A stretch of 63,934 bases of DNA, filler included, from Barthelona sp. PAP020 (lineage: Eukaryota), in assembly GCA_040182905.1 (NCBI GenBank). It is 5 parts of 5 records of this genome, joined end to end, with 100 filler letters (N's around TTAATTAATTAA, not from the genome) between each part and the next. Parts side by side here need not be neighbours in the genome. Positions count along the whole stretch, not along the records: positions 1 to 13,344 come from JARQWU010000330.1; positions 13,445 to 26,551 come from JARQWU010000332.1; 3 more parts are not named here. One strand, written 5' to 3'. The notes under the pieces were generated by a model. The model was not told the origin of the DNA. It did not search any database and saw only the letters and a list, made by a program, of their open reading frames with translations. A program made the translations under genes and the position numbers. Of the stretch, positions 10,581-21,282 are shown one piece after another. Every line of letters begins with the position of its first letter. Position 1 is the first letter of the stretch.

Positions 10581-11576
10581 CTACAAAAATTTAACCCCCC
10601 AACCACAATTTTTATAATTGAAATAAATATTTGGTAGATAATCAATTGATCTTTGTTGGCATTCTGTGGGCTCTGATTGATATTCTCTTGTGAATGAATC
10701 ATCTCTATTACCGAAAGTAAATGCAATATGATTATCACAAACACATAAAGAAGAGATATTTGCATTGAAAAGATGATTTCTTGTAGTTTGAAAGCTATTA
10801 GGGGAATATTTCAAAATGTTTCCGTTTTCATCACCTGCATACATATCATCTTTAAAAATATCCAAATATTTCCTTTGATTGGTACTATTAAAGCAATAGA
10901 TACTATCATAAACAGAATTAAGGTTTCTCAAATCAAAGCAAGAAATTTTTTCTTCTTTTCTAGATAAACAATACAAAAAGCCCTTATGATTCATTTTTAA
11001 AGACACTATTCCTTTTGTTTTTATTGGTAAAGTGTGAATAACACCTTCCTCATTGAATAAATGACAATTTCCTTCAAAAGTTCCCAAAACACCATTTGTT
11101 TGATTTATTGTACATAAAGATGAACAAATACCTTTATGATTTATTGACCAAACATAATTCTCACCAGGAATACAAATATCAAATAAAAAAGTACGATGCT
11201 TACCACCGCAAAATAATGAATTACCGCTAGAATCAATATTAATAGCATATAAATCAAATGTCTTACCACCATTTCCTCTAACTCGATAGGAACTTCTTAT
11301 TCGATTCGTAATCATATCAACAAATTGAATCGGCATATGAGGATAATTCACAAAAACTCCCATTGTGTTAGAATTCTCAAACGTAGCCAAGGGATATATT
11401 TGATATTCACGAATATTCGAAGAAAATTTATATGAAGTCAACAATTTCAGTTGATTATTGGTATTTAAATGATAATTGAATAATTCCTTTCCGATAGATA
11501 TTGAAAGCAAATTATTATCACAAGAACTGCTTTGAATACTGTGTGGATTTTCTTTTGTTTGTTGATAAATGATCAT
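10581..11576 (-). CDS. WRAP53: WD40 protein, TCAB1/WRAP53-like
   Basis: HMPIQFVDMITNRIRSSYR and TNQR.Y.DI motifs resemble TCAB1/Swt21. Confidence 0.6.
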   Translation of the reverse strand: MIIYQQTKENPHSIQSSSCDNNLLSISIGKELFNYHLNTNNQLKLLTSYKFSSNIREYQIYPLATFENSNTMGVFVNYPHMPIQFVDMITNRIRSSYRVRGNGGKTFDLYAINIDSSGNSLFCGGKHRTFLFDICIPGENYVWSINHKGICSSLCTINQTNGVLGTFEGNCHLFNEEGVIHTLPIKTKGIVSLKMNHKGFLYCLSRKEEKISCFDLRNLNSVYDSIYCFNSTNQRKYLDIFKDDMYAGDENGNILKYSPNSFQTTRNHLFNANISSLCVCDNHIAFTFGNRDDSFTREYQSEPTECQQRSIDYLPNIYFNYKNCGWGVKFL

Positions 11577-12060
11577 TTTTAAATTAATTAAACAACTTGT
11601 TATTTTTTAATTCTCATACATTGATAATTTCAATTAAAAAATTGTGGAAATCTCCAAAAAAAAAAGTTTTCACTCATTTGTGTTTTCTGTTGCTAACAGA
11701 AAACCACACCTAGAGCCTAATTCAATACCAAAGAGTTCTTTATTTATCCTAATTTAATAATAAAAAAGGAATTTTCATTCTTTGTAAAAAAAGACATGAA
11801 AAAACTGAATAAATTTTCCAATTCTGCCAGATGTTGAAGTTTATATTTTTCATTCAAAATATATTGATTTCAATTTTTTTAGAAGCAAAATATAATGATT
11901 GCAGCTGTCAAAGAGAATATTCAAACATCTTTATCTTTTCTTCAAACATTTTCTGGTTCTCAATTTCTTCCACAAAATCATCCAAATTTACTCTACATTC
12001 TACTTCAACTGAATAATCAGCAGGAGGAAAAAATAAAATAAATATAAAAAGTTTATTCAT

Positions 12061-13242
12061 TCAATCATCATCCTCTTCATCTGAAGAGGTAATATTTACA
12101 AATTCATACATGTTACCACCATTATTTTCATTTATATCAATAAGATCCCAACATGATTCCATTATAATATGGAAATCGTTATTATCACTGAAATAAAACC
12201 CTTCACAAACTATTTTTCTCACATTCGTGACAAAATACTTGTTTGAAGGAATTAACTCAGAGAGTATGACATTTTTGTTAGTTTTGGAATAGCCACAAAC
12301 GCTTTGAACATATTCTTCAGAGACACGTTGATCAATGAGTGCTTTTTTAACAGCATCGTTGCTGCTTCCAAAGAATACACATGATTTATCAGCACTTAAA
12401 CACATATCCGCCCTAGTATCATTAGATTCACCAACATTAAGACTTTGAATTGGAGATAGAGCATCTTTAATGCTCCAGCACTTCAAAAATCCATCAACCG
12501 ACCAAGTTATTACTGAATGATCATTCAAAAAATCCACCCCTCTCAAAATATCTGAGCAATCAAATTTTTGTATAAGTTCTCCAGTACTTATGTCAAATAC
12601 TCTAGCAATTCGTTCCCAACCACCCACAACAATACAACTGTCATCAGAATTTATCCCAATACTTCTTAATTTTTCACTATAAGTTTCAATTGTGTTAATA
12701 AGTTCAAAAGTATCTGTATTAAGAACATATACAGTGCCAATATCACATAAACAAAACAACATCTTTCCATTGTTAGACTTTTTAAGCTTCCAAGCATATG
12801 AATTGTTTATTTCAAATGTGTTAACGCAATTACCAGTTTCAATATCTAACTTCAAAATTTTTAAGTCATCACCAATGAACAAATATCGTGAATCATCAGA
12901 AAACTCAATGCCATACCCACTGGATTCAATATCGGCTGCAAATTGTTGAATTATCTTGTAAGTTTTATCAACTATTACGACTTTTTCATACATCGAAGTG
13001 TATGCGATCATTGAATTGTCTGGAGAAAATTTTACATCAAAAAATAAATTTGCTAAATTTGTGTTTAAATTGGTATCATTATCATTATTAACTGAAACAT
13101 GAGCCAATAAACTCCCATGAAAAGCAATAGCAAATTCAGTTCCATCATTATTACAACAAATTGAATTTAAAGGCCAATTTGAATGATTATAAACAATTTG
13201 AATCTCATTTTCGGCTACTTTTGGGATAAAAGGTTCGATCAT
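12061..13242 (-). CDS. WD40-repeat protein with CWDL/NGGNM C-terminal domain (divergent family member 3)
   Basis: 393 aa; WD blades; tail VRKIVCEG...ESCWDLIDINENNGGNMYEF...DDD. Confidence 0.88.
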   Translation of the reverse strand: MIEPFIPKVAENEIQIVYNHSNWPLNSICCNNDGTEFAIAFHGSLLAHVSVNNDNDTNLNTNLANLFFDVKFSPDNSMIAYTSMYEKVVIVDKTYKIIQQFAADIESSGYGIEFSDDSRYLFIGDDLKILKLDIETGNCVNTFEINNSYAWKLKKSNNGKMLFCLCDIGTVYVLNTDTFELINTIETYSEKLRSIGINSDDSCIVVGGWERIARVFDISTGELIQKFDCSDILRGVDFLNDHSVITWSVDGFLKCWSIKDALSPIQSLNVGESNDTRADMCLSADKSCVFFGSSNDAVKKALIDQRVSEEYVQSVCGYSKTNKNVILSELIPSNKYFVTNVRKIVCEGFYFSDNNDFHIIMESCWDLIDINENNGGNMYEFVNITSSDEEDDD

Positions 13243-13344
13243 TAGAAAAAAATATGAAATAAGACTTTATTGAACTTTTCCGTAAAGAGACTCCATAAAA
13301 CATCCCAATTGAGTGACGACAGCAAACACTCAAAACTGATATCA

Positions 13345-13443
13345 NNNNNNNNNNNNNNNNNNNNNNNNNNNNNNNNNNNNNNNNNNNNTTAATTAATTAA
13401 NNNNNNNNNNNNNNNNNNNNNNNNNNNNNNNNNNNNNNNNNNN
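13345..13443. other. Artificial contig-join spacer
   Basis: N-run / TTAATTAATTAA (stops in six frames) / N-run. Confidence 0.97.
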
Positions 13444-13720
13444 NTTTTTTTTTTTTTTTTTTTTTTGTGAAAAGAATTGTTACAAATATCAATCAATTAA
13501 AATAAAAAATCAAATAAAATAGCCTAAAATGTGTTTCTTCATTTAAATCATTCACTCAGAAACAACTTTAGAGTTTTATTATTCAGTGATATTTTCATGT
13601 GTATACACGAAGCTTCTGATGCTGATAAAATTTAAAAAAAAAGATCATTCTCTTTGCTCGGAAAGAGAAACTTTTTTTTTGAGTTTTATGATTTTTTTTA
13701 TTTTTTGATATTGATCTTTG

Positions 13721-16081
13721 ATGGCTGGAGAAAAAAGTCAAAGGATTTCTCAAATCTTGGCAATTACTTATCAAAGAACAGTTTCAAGAAAACGTGAAAA
13801 AGGTGTACTAAGAAATATTTTGATTTTACCCGTTTTGATAATTATTTGTGGTGTTTTATTGGCAAAAAATTCAAATATTATTGATAGAACTTGGGAAATG
13901 GTTGGTAATTATGATTATTCTGTTGATATTAAAGATTTTGCACATCCTATTACATACAGATATTTAAGAAATGAAATGAATGAAACGGAAATCAAAAATT
14001 TCAATGAAACTTTGTTAAAATCTAAAGAAATAAATGCAAATGTAAATTTCGAAGGACCATATTTTGGTTGGACTGATTTATTGACACAAGCTGATAAATA
14101 TTATCCTGCTTATGGAATTGAAGGAAGAAAAACAGGGGATGAAGAAAGATTTTTGAATTTCCTATTGTTTGGTGAAACGAGAGAGATGGTTTGGGATCTT
14201 TTTAATACATTACGTATAGGATTAGCGAAGCTTGTGAATTCTGCTAAAGGTGATAGTTTTGTTTTGCCAAGATCTTTGAAAATCAGAAACATCCCAATCC
14301 CTTCAAAGAATTATGCTTTCAACTATTTTCAAGCTTTGTGGCCAATAATTGCTTTATTGATTGTTGTGTTTCTTTTTGGAAATTTTGGACATTTAGTCAC
14401 TCAAATAGTGAATGAGAAACCAATGAAAGTTCATTTTTTGGCTTGTGGTTTACAAAAATTGAATTATTGGATAGGTGTCTTTATTGTTGATTTTGTGCAC
14501 ATGCTTATCATTATTTTGACTCTATTTATTCCCGGACAGTTAAGTTGTCTGTTTGAAACATCTAAAATATTCATATTTGCAAGAATTCCAATCTCAGTAC
14601 ATCTCATAATGTTGATATCTGTTGCTTTGACTTTTATTTTTGTGAGTTGCATTTTTTCTTTCATTTTTTCTGATCCAAAAACAGCTTCTGTTGGTGCATA
14701 TCTTGTTGCTCTTATCTCTGTTGGAGCTGGATTCATTTTCACAACAATTATCTTCAACGTGATTGACGAACATTCCCTACTTGGAGAAATAATATCGTTC
14801 ATCTTCCGTTTTCCTCCAATTAATCTTTTGAAGGTGTATCTTGCTGCTGTAGTTGAAGATTTTACTATCACATCATTTTTTGATACTTTTGCCAAAGAAT
14901 TTTGGTTGATGGTTGCATTCCCTTTTTTCTTATTGACTTTTCTCATCATCATTGAAGTTGTTCCCTTCATTAAAAACAAAGTTCAGCAAAAAAAAAAAGA
15001 GGAGACAGGTGAAAACAAGCTGCTCATTCCTTTAGTAACAGACAAGGATATCTTTGTTGAGGAAGAGTTTGTTCTCTCTGATCCAGATAAAAATGCGCTA
15101 TATTTAAACAAATTGTCCAAACATTTTGGGGATTTAAAGGCTGTTGATGAGTTGACGCTTGGGGTAAGATATGGAGAGGTATTGGGTTTATTGGGTCCAA
15201 ATGGAAGTGGTAAAACAACAACTATCAAAACAATTTTGGGACTGCTTAAACCAACAAGTGGAGATTATAAAATTTTGGGTGTTCGCAACTCTTCAAACGT
15301 TTCAAAAGACATCGGTTTTTGTCCACAAGACAATATTTATAACCAATATCTAACAGTTGAAGAACACATTAGGTTTTTTTGTATGATGAGAGGTATTTTT
15401 GGAGAAGAAAAGGAAGAAGAAATTAAAAGAGCTGCTGAATTATTGAAAGTCTTGGAAATTCTTGATCAAAGAGCTGGAGGACTATCTGGGGCACAAAAAA
15501 GAAAATTGATGATTTTGAGTGCTATTGTTGGTTCACCAAAATTCTTAATTTTGGATGAATGTACTGCTGGTTTTGATCCAACATCCAGAAGATATTTGTG
15601 GAATATCATTCATAAGCTGAAAAGGACTTCATCAATCTTGTTAACTACTCATTCCATGCAAGAGGCTGCTGAGCTTTCTACCAGAGTTGCCATTATTACC
15701 AAGGGTAAATTAAGATGCATTGGAACACCTCAACATTTGATTTCCAGATTTGGAGAAGGTTATACCCTCAGTGTCTTATTCAACGAAGATCCAACTGAAC
15801 ATCAACTTTTGAAAATTTCTGAAGACCTTAACTTGAACAGAAATTATTTTGAGATTAGCGGAAGGGTTTTAGAATGTCATATCGCAAAGAAATTTGTTAA
15901 ATTGTCAGCAATTTTCAATTATTTTAACAAGTCAAAAGATCTTTTGAATGTCAGTAACTGGCAAATGTCTCAAAGCACTTTAGAGGATGTTTTTTTGAAG
16001 TTTGCAAAAGATTCTCTTTTGAATGATGATGATGATAATGTTCATACTTTTTCGGATAAAAAGAGTCAAAATCTTAATTAA
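13721..16081 (+). CDS. ABC transporter subfamily A, half-size
   Basis: TM domain followed by GPNGSGKT, IGFCPQDN, LSGAQKRKL, LILDE, LTTHSMQEA, TLEDVFL. Confidence 0.93.
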   Translation: MAGEKSQRISQILAITYQRTVSRKREKGVLRNILILPVLIIICGVLLAKNSNIIDRTWEMVGNYDYSVDIKDFAHPITYRYLRNEMNETEIKNFNETLLKSKEINANVNFEGPYFGWTDLLTQADKYYPAYGIEGRKTGDEERFLNFLLFGETREMVWDLFNTLRIGLAKLVNSAKGDSFVLPRSLKIRNIPIPSKNYAFNYFQALWPIIALLIVVFLFGNFGHLVTQIVNEKPMKVHFLACGLQKLNYWIGVFIVDFVHMLIIILTLFIPGQLSCLFETSKIFIFARIPISVHLIMLISVALTFIFVSCIFSFIFSDPKTASVGAYLVALISVGAGFIFTTIIFNVIDEHSLLGEIISFIFRFPPINLLKVYLAAVVEDFTITSFFDTFAKEFWLMVAFPFFLLTFLIIIEVVPFIKNKVQQKKKEETGENKLLIPLVTDKDIFVEEEFVLSDPDKNALYLNKLSKHFGDLKAVDELTLGVRYGEVLGLLGPNGSGKTTTIKTILGLLKPTSGDYKILGVRNSSNVSKDIGFCPQDNIYNQYLTVEEHIRFFCMMRGIFGEEKEEEIKRAAELLKVLEILDQRAGGLSGAQKRKLMILSAIVGSPKFLILDECTAGFDPTSRRYLWNIIHKLKRTSSILLTTHSMQEAAELSTRVAIITKGKLRCIGTPQHLISRFGEGYTLSVLFNEDPTEHQLLKISEDLNLNRNYFEISGRVLECHIAKKFVKLSAIFNYFNKSKDLLNVSNWQMSQSTLEDVFLKFAKDSLLNDDDDNVHTFSDKKSQNLN

Positions 16082-16368
16082 TTGTCAAAATAAAATTGTG
16101 AGTGTTTTTTTTTTATTGTTGTTGTTGCAGAACTTTTAACTCAGAGAAAAAACTATTTTGGTAAAAAAATTGGAAAAAGAAAATGCAGGCAATTTTGAAA
16201 ATTTCTTTAAATAAAAAATTTCTTTTTTTTCAAATTTTTTGAAATGAAAACAAACAAATATAACTGACTCATATTTACACACAAAAAATACCATTTAAAA
16301 AAAACAAAATAAACAAATAGAAACAAAAAATATGTATATTTTCAAATTCAAAATACAATTACATTCTT

Positions 16369-17280
16369 TCAATTACATTCTTTCAATTGTTCCAACAGAT
16401 TTTCAATTTGACGAATAATCTCTTCCTTTTTTTCAAACGAAGGTATTAACTCTCCCAATTTTTTGTCATCCCTTTTATTTTCTTGTGTTAAACTATCATA
16501 AGACTCTTGATAATATGTGGTTACAATAGCTGTTGGAATAGCCAAAAATAACAATCCAAAAAATACCAAAAGAACTACAATAAGTTTCCCTGCATCTGTA
16601 TAAGGACTGATATCTCCATATCCAACTGTTGTTATACTTATTACACACAGCCAAATTGCTTCAACATAACTTTGAACACTAGCGGGAGTTGTAGGATTCA
16701 GCATCCATCGTCCTGTAATCATATTAAACTCCCCTCGCTCAACAACATAATAGATGCCCCCAAACACAATTATAATCATAAATAGTGCCATGAATAACAC
16801 CCCATATGAAGCTCTTGGTTCCCATAGTGCATGCTTTAATGAAGTTATTATTGGAGATAATGACGGTAAAACAAATAAACGTGTTACCGTTAAAGTTCTC
16901 AAAATGCGAAACAAAATCATTGTGGGATGGAAGGCCAAATACTTCCAGGTTTCATAATCAATAAAAGGTTTGATTAATAAGACAACTGCATCAGGAAACC
17001 AACTAATAAGATCACATAATCCTGTAAATGAAAAGATATAAGAAAAATACTTTTTATCATGTGCAAACACCCTTAAAATATAATCAATCATAAAAAAAAT
17101 AGTTAAAAATAAATTATAAACAACCAATTGGGGAGGGGCATTTTGTCCGAGCAAGATATTTGACAATGTCAAAGTCAATGCACAACCTATCGATAGAACA
17201 TTATAAATTAAACTCACAATGGATTTGTGGGGCTCTTCTAAATAATAATAGAGTTTTTGTCGAATTGACAATGATTTCAT
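16369..17280 (-). CDS. Voltage-gated (6TM) potassium channel subunit
   Basis: TTVGYGD selectivity filter; S4-like FRILRTLTVTR. Confidence 0.93.
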   Translation of the reverse strand: MKSLSIRQKLYYYLEEPHKSIVSLIYNVLSIGCALTLTLSNILLGQNAPPQLVVYNLFLTIFFMIDYILRVFAHDKKYFSYIFSFTGLCDLISWFPDAVVLLIKPFIDYETWKYLAFHPTMILFRILRTLTVTRLFVLPSLSPIITSLKHALWEPRASYGVLFMALFMIIIVFGGIYYVVERGEFNMITGRWMLNPTTPASVQSYVEAIWLCVISITTVGYGDISPYTDAGKLIVVLLVFFGLLFLAIPTAIVTTYYQESYDSLTQENKRDDKKLGELIPSFEKKEEIIRQIENLLEQLKECN

Positions 17281-17375
17281 GAAAATAAAAACAAAAAAAT
17301 ATTTTTTTTATACACAATGCAATCAAACCATTAAAAATAATTGAAGTTTTATCTAAAATCAATATACAAAAACAC

Positions 17376-18293
17376 ATGAATCACAGAATTAAAACAGATT
17401 ATTATTCAGAAATTTACATTTCCACCAGCATTAACGATTATGATAGCGTTAAGAAATACATTGAAAATGGTGGTAATATTAATCACGTTGGACCTGATGA
17501 TAAAAGTCCAATAAGACTTGCAATTGAATCAGGTTATGAAAGAATTGCACAATTATTAATTGAAAATAATTGTTTGCTTGATGAAATAGATCAATTAACG
17601 GGTAATACGCTATTACATCTATGTGCACAATATGATCAAGTTCATGTTGCCCTGCTTCTTATCAACAAAAATTTTTGTACATTTACATTGAATTTTGTCA
17701 ATCAGGATTTTTTTGCTTACAGTTTATTCCTAAAAAACTTCAGATTTGTGACAAAATTACTGAAAGAACTTCCGAAATATCACAGAGTTTTTTTATCAAA
17801 ACAGAGCACTCATTTAATTTTTCAATTTATTCCTGTTACGCTTACACCACTTCTCTTTCATTGTTTTGAAAAGGGTACTTCGGTTAAACTCACTGATTCT
17901 CAAGGAAATTCTCTCTTACATGCTGCAACAAAACAAAATAACATTGAGCTCGTGAAAAAATTATTAGAAATGGGTTTATCAATTGAACTACAAAACAATG
18001 AAGGAGAAACACCTCTATTCATTGCAGTTCAAATGCTGAGATTAGAGCTAATTGAATTTTTGATTGATTGTGGGGCTAACACAGCTGTTCTTACAAAAAA
18101 AAACTGGTCTCTATTACATGCAGCAATTCCTTTTAACAATGAAGACTTAATCGATTACCTTGTTCAAAAGGATGTTCCTCTCAATGTAATTTCTTTGGAT
18201 AAAAAAGAAAATCCTTCCGAAATGGCGGTGAGGTTGGGTTGTAATAATGTTGTCAATTATTTTAAAACAATTGATTGGCAAACATACTATTAA
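17376..18293 (+). CDS. Ankyrin-repeat protein
   Basis: GNTLLHLCA, GNSLLHAAT, GETPLFIAV, SLLHAAI repeats. Confidence 0.92.
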   Translation: MNHRIKTDYYSEIYISTSINDYDSVKKYIENGGNINHVGPDDKSPIRLAIESGYERIAQLLIENNCLLDEIDQLTGNTLLHLCAQYDQVHVALLLINKNFCTFTLNFVNQDFFAYSLFLKNFRFVTKLLKELPKYHRVFLSKQSTHLIFQFIPVTLTPLLFHCFEKGTSVKLTDSQGNSLLHAATKQNNIELVKKLLEMGLSIELQNNEGETPLFIAVQMLRLELIEFLIDCGANTAVLTKKNWSLLHAAIPFNNEDLIDYLVQKDVPLNVISLDKKENPSEMAVRLGCNNVVNYFKTIDWQTYY

Positions 18294-18461
18294 GTTGTAA
18301 ATGAATCCTCCTTTTCTTTTTAATTTTGTTCAAATTATTATTAAATGAAATAAATATTATAATAATATTATATTATTTATTTGTGATTAAATGAAAAAGA
18401 AAAAGTTTCATTCTTTTTAACATTTTTGTTTATTTCACTTTATTTTTGATGATGAAATTAA

Positions 18462-19268
18462 ATGAATTTAATAGAATGGATTGATACGAATGACGATTTA
18501 ATGATTTTTTGGGAAAAATCATTAAATTTTGAACCCATACAATTAGCGATGTTAACAAATGAAAAATCTAAGATGAAATTAAAATTGAAGAATTTTTCTT
18601 TATTTTTATCACAAAATCCTCAATCTATTTTTGTTTTAGGTTCAAAAAATTCTGGAAAAACAATGATCATTGAAGAATTCACTCAATCTCACATTAATAA
18701 ACAATATTTAAAATCATTTGAAGGACTATTGGCCATTGATAAATTTGTTTTCTTTTCAAATTCTTTGGACACAATTGATTTTTATCAAAATTGGGATAAT
18801 TTGATTTTTGCAACATTTTGTTATCTAACAAATCCTTTGACTGTTGTAATGATTGATTTTCGTCATCGAAATTCAATTTTGTTAAACTTTTTAAAACTTT
18901 TATCTGATTTTCTTTTAAAATTGTTTTTGAACAACAATAATTTAAATTTTGTCCAAAAAATTTCAAAATTTCAACCAAATTTGCATTTTATTGTTAATTT
19001 TGCTGAAAATGATCATTTTGCTCAGCAACAATTTCAAAGTTTTGTCAATGAAAATTTGGGTGAGACTTTATTCCAGGATTGTGAATTCACCTTTCTTTCT
19101 GATAAAACTTGTTTCAACTTGTATTTTCATGATAAGTTAACAACAAATGAAAAGAATAAATTAAATGATGTATTCAGTCACAGCCAGTCTCAAAGTGATG
19201 TTACTGAAAAAGAAATCAAAGCCATTTTTGATTTTTTAAGGCAAGAAAGATATAAAAGACACAAATAA
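18462..19268 (+). CDS. Hypothetical protein with a P-loop-like motif
   Basis: 268 aa ORF; IFVLGSKNSGKT. Confidence 0.55.
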   Translation: MNLIEWIDTNDDLMIFWEKSLNFEPIQLAMLTNEKSKMKLKLKNFSLFLSQNPQSIFVLGSKNSGKTMIIEEFTQSHINKQYLKSFEGLLAIDKFVFFSNSLDTIDFYQNWDNLIFATFCYLTNPLTVVMIDFRHRNSILLNFLKLLSDFLLKLFLNNNNLNFVQKISKFQPNLHFIVNFAENDHFAQQQFQSFVNENLGETLFQDCEFTFLSDKTCFNLYFHDKLTTNEKNKLNDVFSHSQSQSDVTEKEIKAIFDFLRQERYKRHK

Positions 19269-19477
19269 ATTTATTTGAACATTTTTGTTAAAAGAAATGG
19301 CTTTTTTTGGAGGAAAATGCAAAATATTCTTGATTATCAATAAAAATTGTTAAACCGTGAAAAATAAATATAAAACTAAAACAAACATCAAATTGACAAT
19401 TTATTTTTCAAATTTTCAAGGTCTTTGCAAAGCAACATTGAAATTTTTTTTCAATAATAATTTTCTCGTCTTTGACA

Positions 19478-19717
19478 ATGGGTGTTTTCGAAAAACTTCT
19501 TGGCTGTGGATTATTTACATTTGGTTTTATTGTATTAGCATACTATACAGCTTGGTTATTGCCAGGTTATGTTCCTGAACAATTTCACAAATTTTTCCCA
19601 GCTCAAAACTTGGCTATTTTTATCCCTTCAGCTTTAATTGCTGCATTTGTTTTATTCTTAATGGTTTTCATCAGTAAAGGAGGAAAGAAGAAAGTTGATA
19701 AAAAAAAATCTGATTGA
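19478..19717 (+). CDS. DPM2: Dolichol-phosphate mannosyltransferase subunit 2
   Basis: 79 aa, two TM helices, YYTAW...FFP...AIFIP, Lys-rich tail. Confidence 0.85.
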   Translation: MGVFEKLLGCGLFTFGFIVLAYYTAWLLPGYVPEQFHKFFPAQNLAIFIPSALIAAFVLFLMVFISKGGKKKVDKKKSD

Positions 19718-19989
19718 TTATCATGTATTAGTTGAAGTTATTACAATTTTTTTTTGCTTTTGAAAGAATAATTGAGTAAATTAATAAAGAAATTTTTTTT
19801 TGAAAAAAAGTTGAAAACCGTTTAAATTTTGAATAATTTCAAATAATTTTTACCAATTACATTTCCAATAAAGTTCTTTTCAAAAAAACAATCAAAATCG
19901 GAAATATTCGAAGAAAAAAAATGCAAGAAAATTTTGAAAGTTGGGAAAAAAAAAATTTCCATCATCCTACAATTTTTGTCTTTACCAAA

Positions 19990-20265
19990 ATGAACGTCGA
20001 TCTTCTTCATCCTTGTGAAGCTGCTGAAAAACAAATGCACAAAATGAAACGTTTGGTTCCTTCACCAAACTCCAAGTTTTATGATGCTCGTTGTCAACAC
20101 TGCAATAAGGTGTATTTCCAATTAAGTTAACATTATCTAACAATTAGTACCGTTGCTTTTTCCCATTCTTCCAGTCGTATTACTTGTCCTGGTTGCGGTT
20201 CTGAAATTTGTGTTCCCACTGGTGGATGTGCTCATTTCAACTGTCTCGTTCGTCCTTGCAACTAA
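19990..20265 (+). CDS. RPS27: 40S ribosomal protein S27 (eS27), two exons (19990-20111, 20148-20265)
   Basis: MNVDLLHP...HKMKRLVPSPNSKFYDARCQHCNKV|TVAFSHSS...CPGC...CVPTGG; frame restored only by intron 20112-20147. Confidence 0.95.
20112..20147 (+). other. 36-nt spliceosomal intron
   Basis: GTATTT...TCTAACAATTAG. Confidence 0.9.
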
Positions 20266-20561
20266 TTTACGTTGATTTATATATTGTTTAACACAAATCG
20301 ACAAATTTAGATAAAGACGTTTCTATTTCGGACATTCATGTCTCTTTTTTTTCTTACTTTTTAAACGCTTTGATAAGAAGAGTATTTTTTGGTTAGGGGG
20401 TTTATCTAATTAAGATTTGCTTGTATTTTTCTTTAAAATAGCAAGTTTTTGCCATTTTTGAAGTTTAATATTTATTTTTTGTTGCCTTTTTATCTGTTTG
20501 AACGAGAAATTTGAATTTATTTTGAGGATAAAAATCTGTTCACTCATCAACATTTTTTTTT

Positions 20562-21218
20562 ATGAACAATAACAAAGTATTCCTTGTTGTTGACCAAAAT
20601 GTAGATCCATTGCAACCTCCAAAACACAAATTATATCGAAAACCACAAAAAACTGAACCAATCAAGCCTGAGATTAAGATTCCCGTAGCTAAAGATAAAC
20701 CTGACAAAAAAAACAAAATAAACATACCTCCTTGTGTGTCTAGGTATAAAAATAAGGGTAAATCACAATTATTAGATTTAAATGATAAAATTATTGCCAT
20801 GAAGGGCAACAATGATCAAAAAATTGAATTAAATTCTTCATTTATTGATTTTTCTGAAGCTTTAAATGATATTGAGCAATTAGAAAAACAAAAATTCCAA
20901 AATAAACAAAAGATTTTGAAGTCTTTTGAACAGCAAGACAAATTAGAGAAAACACCAGAAATTGAAAGATCCATTGGTGAAAAATTGGCATTGGCTAATT
21001 ACGGAACAACTCAACAGCTGGCTAATGATACTGAAATTGGACAGCATCAATACGTACAAGATGATCATCGACTAGAAATTTTAGCTTCAAAAGGTAATAT
21101 AACTGATATTTATTCAAAACCTTTATTCAATGATGGAAAAATTGAGGATTTGATTTATAAACCTTTATCAAAGAGTGAGCCAAAAACGAAATATTCAAAT
21201 GCTTTGGGTGAATTGTAA
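20562..21218 (+). CDS. SNW1: Reduced SKIP/SNW1/Prp45 splicing factor
   Basis: DPLQPPKHK and IPPCVSRYKN correspond to DPMEPPKFK and IPPCISNWKN; IGEKLAL and IYSKPLF also match. Confidence 0.8.
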   Translation: MNNNKVFLVVDQNVDPLQPPKHKLYRKPQKTEPIKPEIKIPVAKDKPDKKNKINIPPCVSRYKNKGKSQLLDLNDKIIAMKGNNDQKIELNSSFIDFSEALNDIEQLEKQKFQNKQKILKSFEQQDKLEKTPEIERSIGEKLALANYGTTQQLANDTEIGQHQYVQDDHRLEILASKGNITDIYSKPLFNDGKIEDLIYKPLSKSEPKTKYSNALGEL

Positions 21219-21282
21219 AGATGTTGAATAAATAAAGAGGAGATTTTTGTTTTTTTTTTCTTTGTGTTTTTGTTTGGTTAAA

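Noticed and set aside
10391..10765. 124-aa ORF and the many 60-170 aa ORFs overlapping longer genes
   Set aside because: Shadow or antisense frames of real genes, or low-complexity AT-rich sequence.
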